A program made the position numbers and the translations under genes. Under the pieces are notes generated by a model. It had not been told where the DNA came from. It did not search any database and saw nothing but the letters and a program-made list of their open reading frames with translations. A DNA stretch of 64,000 nucleotides from an uncultured Verrucomicrobiota bacterium. Lineage in GTDB: Bacteria; Verrucomicrobiota; Verrucomicrobiia; Limisphaerales; UBA9464. Location of the stretch: NCBI GenBank assembly GCA_903821635.1, contig CAIJLV010000054.1:564-64563 (forward strand). The letters run 5' to 3'. Positions 39,101 through 47,900 of this stretch are shown here, piece by piece (position 1 is the stretch's first letter; every line of letters begins with the position of its first letter).

Positions 39101-40388
39101 CTGGGTGGCCCAAGGTTTTCTGCGGGGCGTTTCGGCCGTGGCTCCGGATGGCTTGGTCTATGGGGCCCGGGCCGAGGGCGTGACGCGCCATTTCGAGGAC
39201 GGCACGCCGGATCTCAGTTTCGTGACACCGGCCGATCTCGTGCGGGCGGACAGCCTCGTGGACAACAGCATCACGGCGCTATTGCGGCAACCCGATGGCC
39301 GGCTGCTGCTCGTCGGTCGACTCTCGACGGACGGCGGTCCGTGCAATGTCATCGGCAACACGTGTTTCGAGCCCAAGCGCGGGCTGGTGCGCCTACTGCC
39401 CGACGGTAGCTACGATCCGGACTTCATTCAGACCAACTCCTTCTCGGGCGACGCGCAACTTAAGCCGGGCGCGCTGCTCTTGCAGACCGATGGAAAGATC
39501 TTGGTCGGCGGCGCGTTCCAAAACTTCTCCGGGCGCACGGTCACCGGGTTGGTGCGTTTTGGCGCGGACGGTGCCTTCGACGACTCCTTCGTGGTGAATC
39601 TGGAGAGCGACTTGACGAATCCCCCGCGGACGCTGCCCGGCACTGCAAGCGTGCTGCTCCCATTGCCCGACGGCCGCTTCTACGTGGGCGGCAGCTTCAC
39701 GAAAGTGCAGGGCGTGGCCTGCAGTGGCATCGCCCGGTTAAACGCGAACGGCTCGCTCGACACCGGCTTCGTTCCGCCCGCGATGGCGAACGTCGGCCTC
39801 GGTCAAAGTGGCAGCCTGACGCTGTATGGCGTCGGCCCGGTCACGCCCGAAGGCGGCCTCTATGTCTTCGGTCGTTTTCAGTGGGTGGCGGGCGGTCCGA
39901 TTTACGCTGCCCTGCGGTTGCGGCCCGACGGTTCGGTGGATGACACCTTCAAGGTCACCAGCGACTTCGCGATCAACACCGGAGCGGTGCAAACCGACGG
40001 CAAGCTCATCATCACCGGCCAGTTCACCCAGTTGAACGGCCAGTCCCGCGGTGGCTACGCCCGGCTGGACCTGGATGGCTCGACGGACGCCAGCTTCACG
40101 TTGGGCACAGCCTTCGGCGTGGGCGTGCCCCTGACGCTCCTGCCCGACGGCAAACTGCTGGCCGGGGGCACGCGCAGCTTCACCGGGGTGGCGGTCGAAG
40201 CGGTAGCCGCGGAAGTCGATTTCACCCTGACGCCTACCGGTCTCGAACTGACTTGGCCGGCGGGCTACCAGTTGCAACGGGCCACGACCCTAGCCCCCGC
40301 GGACTGGCAAAACGTGGCCAATCCTTCGCCGTTCACCGTGCCGCTCAGCGGGGTTGGAGAATTCTTCCGCGTGGTGCCGGCGCCGTGA
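36177..40388 (+). CDS. Secreted delta-60 repeat protein with two Ig domains, paralogue 2
   Basis: Same architecture as 31868-36004; collinear throughout. Confidence 0.9.
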   Translation: MRISALVSFLVGLQFALPVVAQQPGSLDTNYVAVAGTDVAPNILAPLADGRLYVGGSFTNYGGAGRAQMARLLPTGQVDTSFTLPPLRVINAAVIFNGQVLVPASTNVGNVGAILPLPDGRAVIAGKFNHLGATPARGLALLNLDGSPAVTAFDFETIEPEALLAGPGGTFYAGGKGNLVSQRLPLLRFRPDGSRDPSFTPPLLTELGYASANPFILRAGPDDTLYSITAAAVGFTPTSDIVRLTSSGALDSTFAGTGKAGIPFANFSSFVTDAAGRMTFTGVTSYRGATLTRKINRLTRDGSLDATYQVALDPGFGARVVAVQADGKLLYTGGQLPINRLKADGTVDTAYADPGKVPVPQNFLSLSQFALAQDGSLFAGGFTFSKSFALINGVYHIFGDPNSAPVLAVQPVAQTNTLGARTRFSVTAQGASPLTYQWFRNGVAIGGATESNLILEPTTAADAAADFHCVVANSLGAAPSETARLTLLEPVAGNVYRETDPPTGANSQILDLQFDATGGLIAAGGFTQFNGTNRIRIARLIDHGRHVDPAYDTATLNDLSLVQHVLPLRSGKVLALGNFGVTYNGVQHNDAVRLHLNGALDTTFNPTGRGGLSGSRFSEGPGGELLVATGRWNDELLPFAFGRLSAEGVREASFVPSPAFFPGGLVLALPDGKVLVGGRTNSAGSSSGVLRLNADGSQDGSFYRGLQPDFTALTPTALLRQPDGKILVAGTFNRLVGFQNYTLGVIRLLEHGQLDPSFNPVPALSSLVGFPVQRIALQADGRILIQGAFTSVGGFPRPGVARLWSNGVVDIEFATGSPRRTYLSGNPLGTVSALAVSPTNEIFLGGDFHQFDGLPRTNFVRVLGGPLRAPPAPPTLASVPARVVAATGTNVTLTVVPAGEGPFQYQWRRNSQTGSSLFTDILGATNASLSLANLRVEDSGLFQVAVVNPGGAIFSAYLPLLVEPSPVVPGTIDRSWVAQGFLRGVSAVAPDGLVYGARAEGVTRHFEDGTPDLSFVTPADLVRADSLVDNSITALLRQPDGRLLLVGRLSTDGGPCNVIGNTCFEPKRGLVRLLPDGSYDPDFIQTNSFSGDAQLKPGALLLQTDGKILVGGAFQNFSGRTVTGLVRFGADGAFDDSFVVNLESDLTNPPRTLPGTASVLLPLPDGRFYVGGSFTKVQGVACSGIARLNANGSLDTGFVPPAMANVGLGQSGSLTLYGVGPVTPEGGLYVFGRFQWVAGGPIYAALRLRPDGSVDDTFKVTSDFAINTGAVQTDGKLIITGQFTQLNGQSRGGYARLDLDGSTDASFTLGTAFGVGVPLTLLPDGKLLAGGTRSFTGVAVEAVAAEVDFTLTPTGLELTWPAGYQLQRATTLAPADWQNVANPSPFTVPLSGVGEFFRVVPAP

Positions 40389-40409
40389 GGGTCGGGCTCC
40401 ATCCCGATC

Positions 40410-40480
40410 CGGTTTGTTGACAACCGCGCCCGCACGTCGGAGCGCCGAGCGTTGCTCGGCGCGGCTTGGGCAACAAACCG
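40410..40480. repeat. Nested palindrome / REP-like element
   Basis: Outer perfect inverted repeat cggtttgttg...caacaaaccg; inner GGAG + cgccgagc-gtt-gctcggcg hairpin. Confidence 0.6.
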
Positions 40481-40501
40481 AATAAGCCTGCTGCGTGAGG
40501 C

Positions 40502-40517
40502 TACGTATTTCTACGTA
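40502..40517. promoter_or_regulatory. TACGTA-N4-TACGTA box, copy 3
   Basis: TACGTA tttc TACGTA, ending 57 nt before GTG 40574. Confidence 0.7.
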
Positions 40518-40573
40518 GGAACGCCTATGAGGCTCGCCCCCAGAAGCGGAATCCGCTTGGCTCGCAAACTGTT

Positions 40574-43500
40574 GTGAGGATTTCCCCGTTTGTCTCTCGC
40601 CTAGCCGGACTGCTGCTGGCGTTGCGTTTGGTTGCCCAACAACCCGGCACCTTCGATACGAACTACGTGACGGTCCCGGGCACGGATCAGTTACCCGTGA
40701 TGATCACGCCGTATCCCGGCGGGAAGCTGCTCGTGGCGGGTAGCTTCACCAACTACGGCGGCACGGGCCGCGCCGGGGTTGTCCGCCTGAACGCCGGCGG
40801 CACGGTGGACTCCGGCTTCACCCTGCCGACGCCGCTCAAGATTGACCCGCCGATTGTTTTCAACGGGCAGGTCTTCTTCGTGGGGGCGACCAATCCGGGT
40901 AACCTCCAGGCCGTGCTCGCGCTGCCCGACGGGCGGAGCGTGGCGGCTGGAACTTTCACGCATCTCGGCGGGGCCGCGGTGAAACAGCTCGCGGTGCTGG
41001 CGGCCGACGGCACCCCGCAGCCGTTTGCCGCGCCGCCCGACACCTTTGCGCCGGGTTCGTTGCTCAGCGGGCCGGGCGATACGTTTTACGTCGGGGGCGG
41101 AGGCACATTCACCGGTGGGCTGGCTCCGCTGGTGCGGCTGCATCCCGACGGCACGCGGGACGCCGGTTTCACGCCGCCCACGCTCACCAATCTCGGCATT
41201 CTGAGCGCGAACCTCGGCACGCTGATGCCCGGGCCGGGCGACACGGTTTACGCCCTGCTCGCTGGCGCGATCAACTTCTCCACGGCCCGCTACGAATTGG
41301 TCCGGTTCACCGCCAGTGGCGCGTTGGACGTGAGCTTCAACGGCACCGGCCGGGCGCAGTTGAGCTTCCCCACGCTGTTCCAGTTCGCCGCCGCGCCCGG
41401 CGGGCAACTGGTGTTCTACGGCACCGGGCAATATCGCGGCGCGGCGGTGCCGAGGAAGCTGAACCGGCTCACGCTCGCTGGGGATTTCGACCCCACGTTC
41501 GTGCCTGCGAGCGAACCCAGTTTTGGCGGTGGGGCGGTGGCCGTGCAGCCGGACGGCAAAGTGCTCTTCACCGGCGGCAGTGCGGCAATCACGCGACTGA
41601 ACGTCAGCGGCACGGTAGATACCGGCTATGTAGACCCGGCTAAGTTCCCGCCCGGCCGCAGCGCGCCGGGCTTTATCCGCCTGTTGGCGGTGGATGATGG
41701 TTCGCTCTACGCCACCGGCTTCGGCTTCGTCTTCACGCCCGTTTTCCAGCAACTCAACGGCGTCTTTCATGTGCTGGGCGACCCCAACACCGCGCCGGAG
41801 ATCGTGATCCGGCCGCTGGCGCAGACGAACACCTTCGGCGCACGAACGCGCTTCCTGGTCGGCGCGCAGGGCGGCGCGCCGCTGGCCTACCAATGGGCCC
41901 GCAACGGCACGGCCATCCCGGGCGCAACTGCCAGCGAACTCGTGCTTGAGCCGACCACGGCTGCGGACCGCGACGCGGACTTCACCTGCACCGTGTCGAA
42001 CGGTCTGGGCTCCAAGACCACCGACGCCGTGCGGCTCACGTTGCTCGCCGCCACCGCCGGCAGCGTGTATCGCGAGACGGATGTGCCCGTAGCCCCCGAC
42101 GGCGAGGTGCGTGATCTCGCCTTCGACGCGGAAGGCCGGTTGTTGGCGGCAGGCGGTTTTGTGAAATGGAACAGCCTCCAACGCGTGCGGGCGGTTCGGT
42201 TGGATTCCGGTGGCCGGATCGTGGACCCGGCCTTCGACACCGGCACGCAGCTCAACGGCGTGCCCGTGCTGAACACCATCTACCCGCTCAGTTCCGGGAA
42301 GTCGCTCGTGCTGGGAAATCTAGAGGTGAGCTACGGCAGCAAGGTGCATCTCGGTTACCTGCGGCTCAACGCCAATGGTTCGGTGGATACCACCTTCAAT
42401 CCCGATGGCACAGGCTCGCTCTTCAGTTCAGCCTTCGCGACCCGGCCCGCCGAGGATGCCGACGGCAAAGTCCTGATCTACGACCAGGGCTGGAACGGCG
42501 AGTTCGTCAGCCCCGCTTACTTCCGGCTGAATGCGAACGGCACGCGGGACACAAGCTTCGCTCTCGGCGGGACGAGTTACGTCCCGTCCGGCGGCAACGC
42601 GGTGCTCCGGTTGCCCGACGGACGCTTTCTCGTGTCGGCGGAGCTCCTTCCGCCCCCCCCGGTGGGACCGGCCAATCCGGCCAATGTCCTGCGCGTGAAT
42701 CCCGACGGCACCGTGGATCCGACCTTCGTCCACAATGCGTTGGTCCGGTTCGCGGCCGGCGGCATTTCGCAGCTTCTACGGCAGCCGGATGGCCGCATCT
42801 TGGTGGCGGGAGAATTCACCAGCACCCAGTTCAATGGCGTCAACCTGGCGGTGATGCGCCTCGAGGCCGATGGCCGATTGGATCGCACGTTCAATCCCGT
42901 GCCCCGCCTTTCCGCCAGCCCCTCGGGTGGTGCCCGGCGCATCGCTCTCCAAGCCGACGGCCGCATCCTCGTCCAGAGCCGCTTCAATCAGCCGGGGCTG
43001 TTCCGCCTGTGGCCCAACGGGGTGCTGGACCTGGAGTTCGTGCCTGGTATCGCCTCGCGTCGGAGCGGTTCGAGCGAGCTCTCGGCGCTCGTGGTCAACC
43101 CGGCGAACGACGTTTTCCTGGGCGGGTCGTTTGAGATGTTCAACAGTTTCCCCCGGACCAACTTCGTCCGGCTCACTGGCGGTCCGCTGCGTCCGATTCC
43201 GGCTCCGCCCACCATCGTCAGCCAGCCCACGCGGGTCGTGGCCAAGGCGGGCACCGCGGTCACGCTCACGGTCGAACCCGGCGGCGACGGGCCGTTCCAG
43301 TTTCAGTGGCGGCGCAACCAGACCGTCGGCTCGACGAACTTCGTGGACCTTGTCGGCGCGACCAATGCCAGCCTCACGCTCCCGAGCGTGCGCCTGACGC
43401 CGTTCCAACAGGACTCCGGTCTCTACCAGCTCGCGGTGGTGAATCCCGGCGGCGCAGTTTTCACCCGCTACATCACGCTGCTGGTGGAACCCGACCCGGT

Positions 43501-44770
43501 GGTTCCCGGCACGTTGGACACGTCGCTGGCCGCACCGAACTTCCTGGGCATCCTCAGCGGCCAGCCGCAGATCACGGACGTGAACCCGGACGGTTCCATC
43601 TACGGCTCGCTCGGCAAAACCATCGTCCGGCTCTTTGAGGACGGCACGCGCGACCTCACGTTCAACCCGCCGGCCGATCTGGTCGGTGCCAACGATGGTA
43701 TCGCGGTGGTGAAGCGCCAGCCGGATGGCAAGGTGCTGATCGCGGGCCGGATGAAGGACGGCTGCTTGGCGCGGCTCCTGCCGGATGGCAGCTATGATCC
43801 CGATTTTATCCGCACGAACAGCTACGGGGGCTTCTTCCAGAATGTTCCCTGGGCGCTAGGTTTGCAGAGCGACGGGAAAATCCTGCTCGCCGGAAACTTC
43901 GAGAACTTCTCGGGCCGTGCTCAACCCGGCCTAGTGCGCTTCCTGCCTGATGGCCAATTCGACGAGAGCTTCAATGCGAACCTGCTCGCCGACCTGACCA
44001 ACCCGCCGCGCGCCTTGCCCGGCAGCGTCATCGGGCTCCACATCCTGTCGGATGATGGCATGTATATCTCCGGTGGCTTCACCCACGTGCAGGGTGTCCC
44101 GCGCAGCGGCGTGGCCCGACTGAAGGCCGATGGCTCGCTGGACACGGGCTTCGTGCCGCCGGTCATGGCCAACGTCGGTCTCGGTGACGGCGGCAACTTC
44201 ACGCTTTATGTCGGCGGTCCGCTTACTCCAGAGGGTGGCGTCTACGTCTTTGGGCGTTTCCAGTTCGAGTTCAACGGACCGATCTACGCCGCCTTACGCC
44301 TGCACCCGAACGGCACCGAAGACAGCAGTTTCCGCGTGAACACGGATTTTCAGATCAACGCCGCGGTGGTTCAAGGCGACGGCAAACTCATCATCACCGG
44401 CCAGTTTACGCGCTTAAACAATCAGGCCCGCGGCGGCTTTGCGCGGCTGAACCGCGACGGTTCGACCGATCCCACGTTCGCCCCCACGGCGACTTTCGGC
44501 GTCGGCGTCGCGATGACGCTGCTACCCGACGGTAAACTGCTCGCGGCGAGTCAGCGCTACTTCACCGGCGTCGGGCCCGCTCTGCCGGCGCAGGAAATTG
44601 ACTTCGTGCTGAAACTCGACGGTCTCGAACTGACTTGGCCGGCGGGCTACCAGTTGCAACGGGCCACGACCTTGGCCCCCGCGGATTGGCAAAACGTGGC
44701 CAGTCCTTCGCCGTTCACCGTGCCGCTCAGCGGGGCTGGAGAATTCTTCCGCGTGGTGCCGGCGCCGTGA
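40574..44770 (+). CDS. Secreted delta-60 repeat protein with two Ig domains, paralogue 3
   Basis: Same architecture as the two upstream paralogues. Confidence 0.9.
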   Translation: MRISPFVSRLAGLLLALRLVAQQPGTFDTNYVTVPGTDQLPVMITPYPGGKLLVAGSFTNYGGTGRAGVVRLNAGGTVDSGFTLPTPLKIDPPIVFNGQVFFVGATNPGNLQAVLALPDGRSVAAGTFTHLGGAAVKQLAVLAADGTPQPFAAPPDTFAPGSLLSGPGDTFYVGGGGTFTGGLAPLVRLHPDGTRDAGFTPPTLTNLGILSANLGTLMPGPGDTVYALLAGAINFSTARYELVRFTASGALDVSFNGTGRAQLSFPTLFQFAAAPGGQLVFYGTGQYRGAAVPRKLNRLTLAGDFDPTFVPASEPSFGGGAVAVQPDGKVLFTGGSAAITRLNVSGTVDTGYVDPAKFPPGRSAPGFIRLLAVDDGSLYATGFGFVFTPVFQQLNGVFHVLGDPNTAPEIVIRPLAQTNTFGARTRFLVGAQGGAPLAYQWARNGTAIPGATASELVLEPTTAADRDADFTCTVSNGLGSKTTDAVRLTLLAATAGSVYRETDVPVAPDGEVRDLAFDAEGRLLAAGGFVKWNSLQRVRAVRLDSGGRIVDPAFDTGTQLNGVPVLNTIYPLSSGKSLVLGNLEVSYGSKVHLGYLRLNANGSVDTTFNPDGTGSLFSSAFATRPAEDADGKVLIYDQGWNGEFVSPAYFRLNANGTRDTSFALGGTSYVPSGGNAVLRLPDGRFLVSAELLPPPPVGPANPANVLRVNPDGTVDPTFVHNALVRFAAGGISQLLRQPDGRILVAGEFTSTQFNGVNLAVMRLEADGRLDRTFNPVPRLSASPSGGARRIALQADGRILVQSRFNQPGLFRLWPNGVLDLEFVPGIASRRSGSSELSALVVNPANDVFLGGSFEMFNSFPRTNFVRLTGGPLRPIPAPPTIVSQPTRVVAKAGTAVTLTVEPGGDGPFQFQWRRNQTVGSTNFVDLVGATNASLTLPSVRLTPFQQDSGLYQLAVVNPGGAVFTRYITLLVEPDPVVPGTLDTSLAAPNFLGILSGQPQITDVNPDGSIYGSLGKTIVRLFEDGTRDLTFNPPADLVGANDGIAVVKRQPDGKVLIAGRMKDGCLARLLPDGSYDPDFIRTNSYGGFFQNVPWALGLQSDGKILLAGNFENFSGRAQPGLVRFLPDGQFDESFNANLLADLTNPPRALPGSVIGLHILSDDGMYISGGFTHVQGVPRSGVARLKADGSLDTGFVPPVMANVGLGDGGNFTLYVGGPLTPEGGVYVFGRFQFEFNGPIYAALRLHPNGTEDSSFRVNTDFQINAAVVQGDGKLIITGQFTRLNNQARGGFARLNRDGSTDPTFAPTATFGVGVAMTLLPDGKLLAASQRYFTGVGPALPAQEIDFVLKLDGLELTWPAGYQLQRATTLAPADWQNVASPSPFTVPLSGAGEFFRVVPAP

Positions 44771-44790
44771 GGGGCGGGCTGGGGCGCTTT

Positions 44791-44822
44791 GTGCTGCCGG
44801 CGAGGACGCCGGCAGCGCTTTT
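44791..44822 (+). terminator. Strong hairpin plus short T run (intrinsic terminator or REP-like palindrome)
   Basis: gtgctgccggcg-agga-cgccggcagcgc followed by tttt, 20 nt after the stop of paralogue 3. Confidence 0.55.
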
Positions 44823-44923
44823 CCGGGGCCGTTTTTGCGCACGTGGTCTAGGTGCGGCCTCGGGCTCTTGGGGCACAGAATTGTCTTTCTTAACCACTTT
44901 GGAGGTATTTTCCTGCCGACGAA

Positions 44924-47900
44924 ATGCCCCTCCATTCAAGGACTTTCCTGCCGCCTCGGCTGGTTTTTTTGGCGGGCCTTCTGTTGCTCCTGTTTCCCGC
45001 CCAGGCCCAAGTGTTCACCGACCACTTCACGAACGCCCCATTGCAGCTTGGCCTCACGTTCACCGTTAGCACCAACAACCGAGCGGCCTCGGCCGAAGCC
45101 GGTGAACCCGCCCACCTAGGCGGGTCGGCTCGCCGTTCGCTTTGGGCAGCTTGGCGGCCCGCTTTGGGCGGCCATGCGCGGATTTCCGTTGCGGCGAGCT
45201 CACCCGGCCTGCGGGTCGGCGTTTATACCGGCGACGCCCTTACCAACCTAAGTCTGGTTACGGGGCTGAGCCGCGGGACCACGAATGAGCTGTTCTTCGT
45301 CGCACAGCCTGAAACCACCTACCGACTGCTGGTTGATGCCGTGCCCAATACCCCTGGCACCACTTTCACTTTCGCGGCAAGCCTCGCGCGGATCATCTTG
45401 GAGGAACCGGATCCGCAAATCCGCTTGCGGGCGCCAACCAACCTTACCCTTCGGGTCGCCCCGGCCCCGGGCGACTCCCTAGAAAGTGTGGAACTGTTTG
45501 CCCGCGACCAAAGGCTCGCGTTGCTGCTCGCCCCGCCCTTTGCCCAATCCGTCGCCCTAGACCAGCCCGGTCCGGTCCGGATCCGCGCCGTGGCTACCAA
45601 TGCAGCCGGCGTCCGCCTGGAAGCTCACGAGCTTGAAGTCGTTGTCCGGCCTGCCAACGACGACATCGAAGATGCGATCGAGATTCCGTCGAACGTCCTG
45701 CGCGGGAAGCTCCGGGGCGACGCCCTCTGGGCCTCGGCTGGCCTCGGCGATCGGACGGTGATCCCGCCGTTGCAGTCGCTGTGGTGGCGCTGGTCGCCGC
45801 GGTTCGCCGGGTGGGCGGAGCTGTCGCTGCCGGAACCGTCGCCGGCCCAATCCGTCTGGCTCCGCCAAGGGCCCACGGTCACCAATCTGACGCCCGCCAT
45901 TTCGCCTATGGACTCGACGGGATCAAAACAAACCCGGGTGTTCGTCTCCCCCGACCCCGCTCAGACGCTGTGGCTGAACCTAGCCGGGCGCCCTTCCGGT
46001 GGCGCGGCCCCGGTTGAACTACACTTCGAGTTGCTGACCCTAGAGTTTGATCCACCGCCCACCGGAGGTCTGCCCACTGGGCCCATCGCCCTTCGGTGGA
46101 AACTGGCAGATACGAATCTGGTGCTGGAACGGTTGGAGCTACTGGTGGATGGGGTTCCCGCGCTGGCGGCAGATCTGGCTTCCCGCGAGTTTGTCTGGCT
46201 GCCGGACAAGGGAGGAGCGCTGAAGCTTTCCCTCCGTGGCCGCGACGGCGAAGGGAACGAGCACTTCTCGGCCGCAACCCAAATATTCCTGCCGTCACTG
46301 AACGACAACTTCGCGACCCCGGACGTGCTGCCACCGGACCTGACCCGGCACTCGTGGACCAACCGGGATGGCCTGCTGACCCGCGAGGAATTGGAGCCGC
46401 CGCACGGCGAAGGAATTTTCAACCCCATCGCCTCAGCCTGGTGGTCTTGGACTCCGACGCGATCAGGCGTTGCCCAATGGCAGGTTCACGCGCCGGACCT
46501 CCACCTCGCGATCATGGCGGTTTATCTTGGAGATTCTTTCACCAACCTCACGGTCGTCGGGCGAAATTCCGGCCCGCGCCGCTTTGCTGACCGGGTCATT
46601 TTCCCGGTTGAAGCCGGCCGCACCTACCGACTGGTTCTCGACGGAGCCTCTCAGACCGGCCAGCGCGTGGCCGAGGCGACGCTGTCGCATCATCCGGCCG
46701 GACTCGACGGGATGCTCGCGGCCGGGGATCTCGCCCTCGGACTCACCAACCGGCTCCGGGTCGTGACGCGGACGCCCGGCATCACGCCGGCCAGCGCGAA
46801 GTTCTTCCTCGACGACGTGCTGCTCGGTGAGGTTGCTGGCCCGCTGCCCGTGCTCGAATGGTTGGGCACCGGCCGGGGACCGCACTCGCTTTCCGCCTTG
46901 GTCACCACGGACACGGGCGAATCCTTCACCACGCCGAGCTATCCCGTTTACGTGGCGCCGGTGAACGACCTCCGCCGGAACGCGCTGTCGCTGCCGGAAA
47001 CGGTCACGTGGAGCTACGAGGGCGATCACGGCCAGGCCACTTGGGAATTCAACGAAACGGAGGGCTGGGGCGAAGGCGGTTCGGTGTGGTTGCGTTGGCA
47101 GGCGCCCGCGACGCGGGGCTACGCCTTCCGGGTAACCGGTGGCCCGGATACCCGCTTTTACGTCTTCGGCGGCGATGATTTCGGCGCAAGCTGGCTGGTC
47201 AACCGGCTGCCGACTGGCGGCGGAGAAGGCGTGGTCGATCTCCACGGCGAATACGCGACCTATTTCCAGATCGCCGGGCCTTGGACAAACGGCCTCCCGT
47301 CACCATTTCGAATTGAACGCTTGACCACGCCGCCGAACGACGATTTTGCCCAAGCGGTCGTGCTTACGGGACCCACGGTTGAGTTCGCCGCGACGAACCA
47401 GTTCAGCACGACGGAAGACCAAGAGCTTTCGGGCCTGCGGGGATCTTTGTGGTGGCGGTGGACGGCGCCGGCCACCGGAGATGTCACGATTCAGGCGGAC
47501 GACAGCGATTGCTCGGTCGGGGTGGCTATGTTCCGAGGCGAAGAGTGGTCACAGTTGCGGAAACTGGGCGAGACCATGCCCTTGGTGACGTTCCAACCCG
47601 ACGGCACCAAGAATTCGGGACTCAGCACCACGTTCCGGGTGTTTGCCGGCCAGACCTACCATCTGGCGCTCGGCCCCGACTGGCAAGGCGGGCCGCTCAA
47701 TGGCGTGATCCGGGCCCGGTTGGGGTTGCAGCCGCTGCCCGATTTGCCGCCCAACGACGAGCCTGACCAACCGACCGTGCTGACCGGGCCATTGGTCTCG
47801 GTGACCACGCACAATCGCCAGACTTTGGGAGACGAATGGGTCGGGGCCATCCCGTTGCAGCATACCGTCTGGTTTGAGTGGACGGCCCCGAGCACCGGGG

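Noticed and set aside
40238-44773. Near-identical 3' ends as a DGR template/variable repeat pair
   Set aside because: The five mismatches are mixed transitions rather than adenine-specific, both copies are coding, and no reverse transcriptase is present.
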